Below are positions 61,383 to 64,000 of a stretch of DNA of 64,000 nucleotides, in pieces (the first letter of the stretch is position 1; each line of letters begins with the position of its first letter). Position numbers and translations under genes: made by a program. Where the stretch lies: assembly GCA_973895155.1 (NCBI GenBank), contig OZ316897.1, forward strand, positions 9,571,832 to 9,635,831, read 5' to 3'. The stretch is from Marsupella aquatica (taxonomy: Eukaryota > Plantae > Marchantiophyta). The notes under the pieces were generated by a model. It saw only the letters and a list, made by a program, of their open reading frames with translations, made no database searches and was not told the DNA's origin.

Positions 61383-64000
61383 AGTCTTCAAAATTGGCTG
61401 ACTGACAGGAAGCAAGCTCCTTACAATTCTCCCAATTACCGCCACTCTACGCTGGCTGCATGTCCAGAATTTCCTCCAGCTTCTCTTCCAGCTCTTCAAG
61501 TAGGATTTCCTCGACAGCTGATGGGATTCAGTGATCTGTTCTAGCTGCTCCTCCTCCTTCTCATCAGCATCCTGCACAGACCCATGTCGAGGAAAGACAC
61601 AGAGGGGCCATATCCACAGCAGATGAAGGTGTGGTGGCCATTTCCACTAAAGGGGACTGAAGAAGAGCTCTTCAAGGAAGCATGGAGCTTGACATTTAGC
61701 GGGTTTACATATCTTACAGGGCGAAATTCGCGCCATTCTAGTGTAGTCACCCACTTTCCTTCCTTGACACTGTAACATAGAGCCCGACATAGAGTAACCA
61801 TGAAGCTTTACATGTCTGATGGGGGTATATTCGCGCCATTCTCGTGCTATCTTACTTACTTGACAATGTAATGCAGAGCTACCATGGGCTTTACCTGTCT
61901 AATAGGGGGGTTTGTACGCTATTCTAGTGTTGTCACGCTATATTACTTAAGAGTCTGTACAATAACAGTCTTAACTGCTGTAACTCTGGGTGTGTTTTGT
62001 AGTGATTAGAATGTTAAATAACTCATGGCGTTTGGGGGGGGGGGGTGGCTTTAGCCATTGTATTCCTCGTTCTGTAAAGTAATGTAAGGATGAGTGTTAT
62101 AGTGACTAGCTCAAATACCCACCCATAGGAAAGGCTCAGTATACCCAGACTCCCCATGCAGTGCCTACTCACAACAAATCCAAGATATGAAAATTTTGTG
62201 TTACCAGACAAATGACAGGTTATGGCTTCACTCTAGGGAGTAGAAATGACAGGTAGACTTGATTGCAAATTATAATATAGATCTGCATTTTATGGTCCTA
62301 TGACATGTGCTCCAAGAAGGGTTCCTGGTAACTGCACATCAAAATATGACATATACTATGTACGACATCACTCCATACCATGATAAATCTTGTTATTTTC
62401 TTTAAATCAATGAATCAATGAGTGCACACACTATATTTCCATATTGTGATTGCCGGCAGGGCCAATAAGGTGTCTCGTGTCAAACTGTAAGTGGACCTCA
62501 TGTGGGTCTTCCATATATGGTTTGGGGGGACTTTGCCCCTTAGTTTGCTTCCAGGCAGGCTTTTTCTTTTTCTTTTTTCAATAAAACCCAAACTGGATCC
62601 AAGCGGGTTGACAACGAGGCAAAGAACGCCCAAGTCAATATGGACACCAGGTGCGGAGCAGGGGCCAAGAGTCATGGTATCATTAGTCACTGACAAATGG
62701 CATTTGCATTTGTATGGTACAAGAAATTATAGTAGCCTTGGGGGGTAAGGGTGCGGGGGGGGGGGGAAGGGAGATATTGGATTTAGGGTAGCGCTACCTG
62801 TAGTCTTTCCTACATTGCCCACTCTAAAGCAAGCACCGGTTGGGGCAAAGTTCTTTTTTCTCTTGAAGTGAAGGGCTATCTTCCTACTAACACTGGGAGT
62901 ATGTTGTTGATTGTCAGGTTCTGGTCATACAAGTACCCTATACTAAACAATAAATCTGCTTAAGAAAGTAAACATTGGAGGAAAAGGGGCTATTTTGTCC
63001 TCTCCCACAAGTGCACACTATAGGTTTAAACCACGGACCACTCTCCCTGGTCAAACCTGGTAATCACTGGTAACCGGGTGTAATTAACAACTTTTTTCCC
63101 AATTTTTTTGAGCTGACTGGGATCATAAGGGGGAAATGTAAAAAAAGAGGGAAGGTTTGGAGTTTTCCCTTTATAATGCTAGTTGTGGTTTTTAAAAGAA
63201 GAACATCCAATGTAAAGGTTTACTTTATTTTCAGATTGCAAATTACAAGTAATTGTAAGGTCTGTTTCACAAAGAGAATATGCAAATGACACAAATTTAG
63301 AAATTTGTAGTCACGATTGAATCCCAATTAATGCACCTCACCTGCCTACAATAGGGCACAAGTTTTGTACCCGCTTGGTTGGTGTGTGCTATGGCACTTT
63401 GGGTTTGTATATCTCTCTGCCCCGCTGGTCATACAAATACATTGGTTGCCCCTTTTTTTATCAAAACAAAAAACAAACAAAACAATTGGATCCACTTGAT
63501 GCAACTCACATGCCTTGCGTGGCACAAGTCTCTTCTGTTTACTATCTATCCTATGAAACGTGGCATGTAGGAGTAAAAACAAAACTATGGCATGTAGGTA
63601 CTGGTAGTGTTGTATCTTTTATAATTTTTCAAATCAGCAACACATTATATTGCAAAGGGAGTTGATAGTGTTTTGTCTCAGATTTTGCTGCAAAGGCTTC
63701 ACTTTCCTGACTTGCTGAAGAATCTTGGTTTACTTTAAAATTCTCAAACCAAATCTCAAATGCTGAAGAATCTGTGTTACTTCAACAAGAATTATTGTGA
63801 AATTTACAGTATATAACTAAGCCACAATCGTAGAGAATAACTTACATCTATGCCATTGCTGAATGGATTTGTCAAACTGACAACCCGCACTTGTCGGCCT
63901 TGAAGAAGTTTCTCACAAGGGCAACCAAAAGCTATCCATACTTTCTGGGAATCTAGCTCAATTACTGCTTTCTGCGAATGGACTCAATTACCATATCATT

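Noticed and set aside
62480-62700. Possible retroelement RT trace
   Set aside because: Only vague resemblance and no diagnostic motif.

Overview
Eukaryotic nuclear DNA from an intron-rich land plant. The gene set and repeat types suggest a non-seed plant, possibly a bryophyte (inference only). Manual splicing gives nine protein-coding loci: the first 12 codons of WDR3/UTP12 (-), a MYND-type ubiquitin-specific protease with a long tail ending in a SEC-C motif (+), arginase (-), THO1/HPR1 (+), a SAM-domain protein (+), BET3 (-), an intronless cytosolic enolase (+), VPS22/SNF8 (+) and Lhcb7 (-). The intergenic blocks (about 17.9-23.4, 30.7-34.7, 45.5-48.2 and 52-54 kb) hold tandem arrays and TE remnants, including a solo LTR with a perfect 5-bp TSD nested in a degenerate non-LTR reverse transcriptase. 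No tRNA, rRNA or CRISPR array was recognised, and there is no evidence of a multi-gene novel system. The most notable items are the UBP-SEC-C architecture, the intronless enolase, the nested TE and three GC-AG introns. Exon coordinates were derived by eye and family calls rest on remembered motifs, not database searches.
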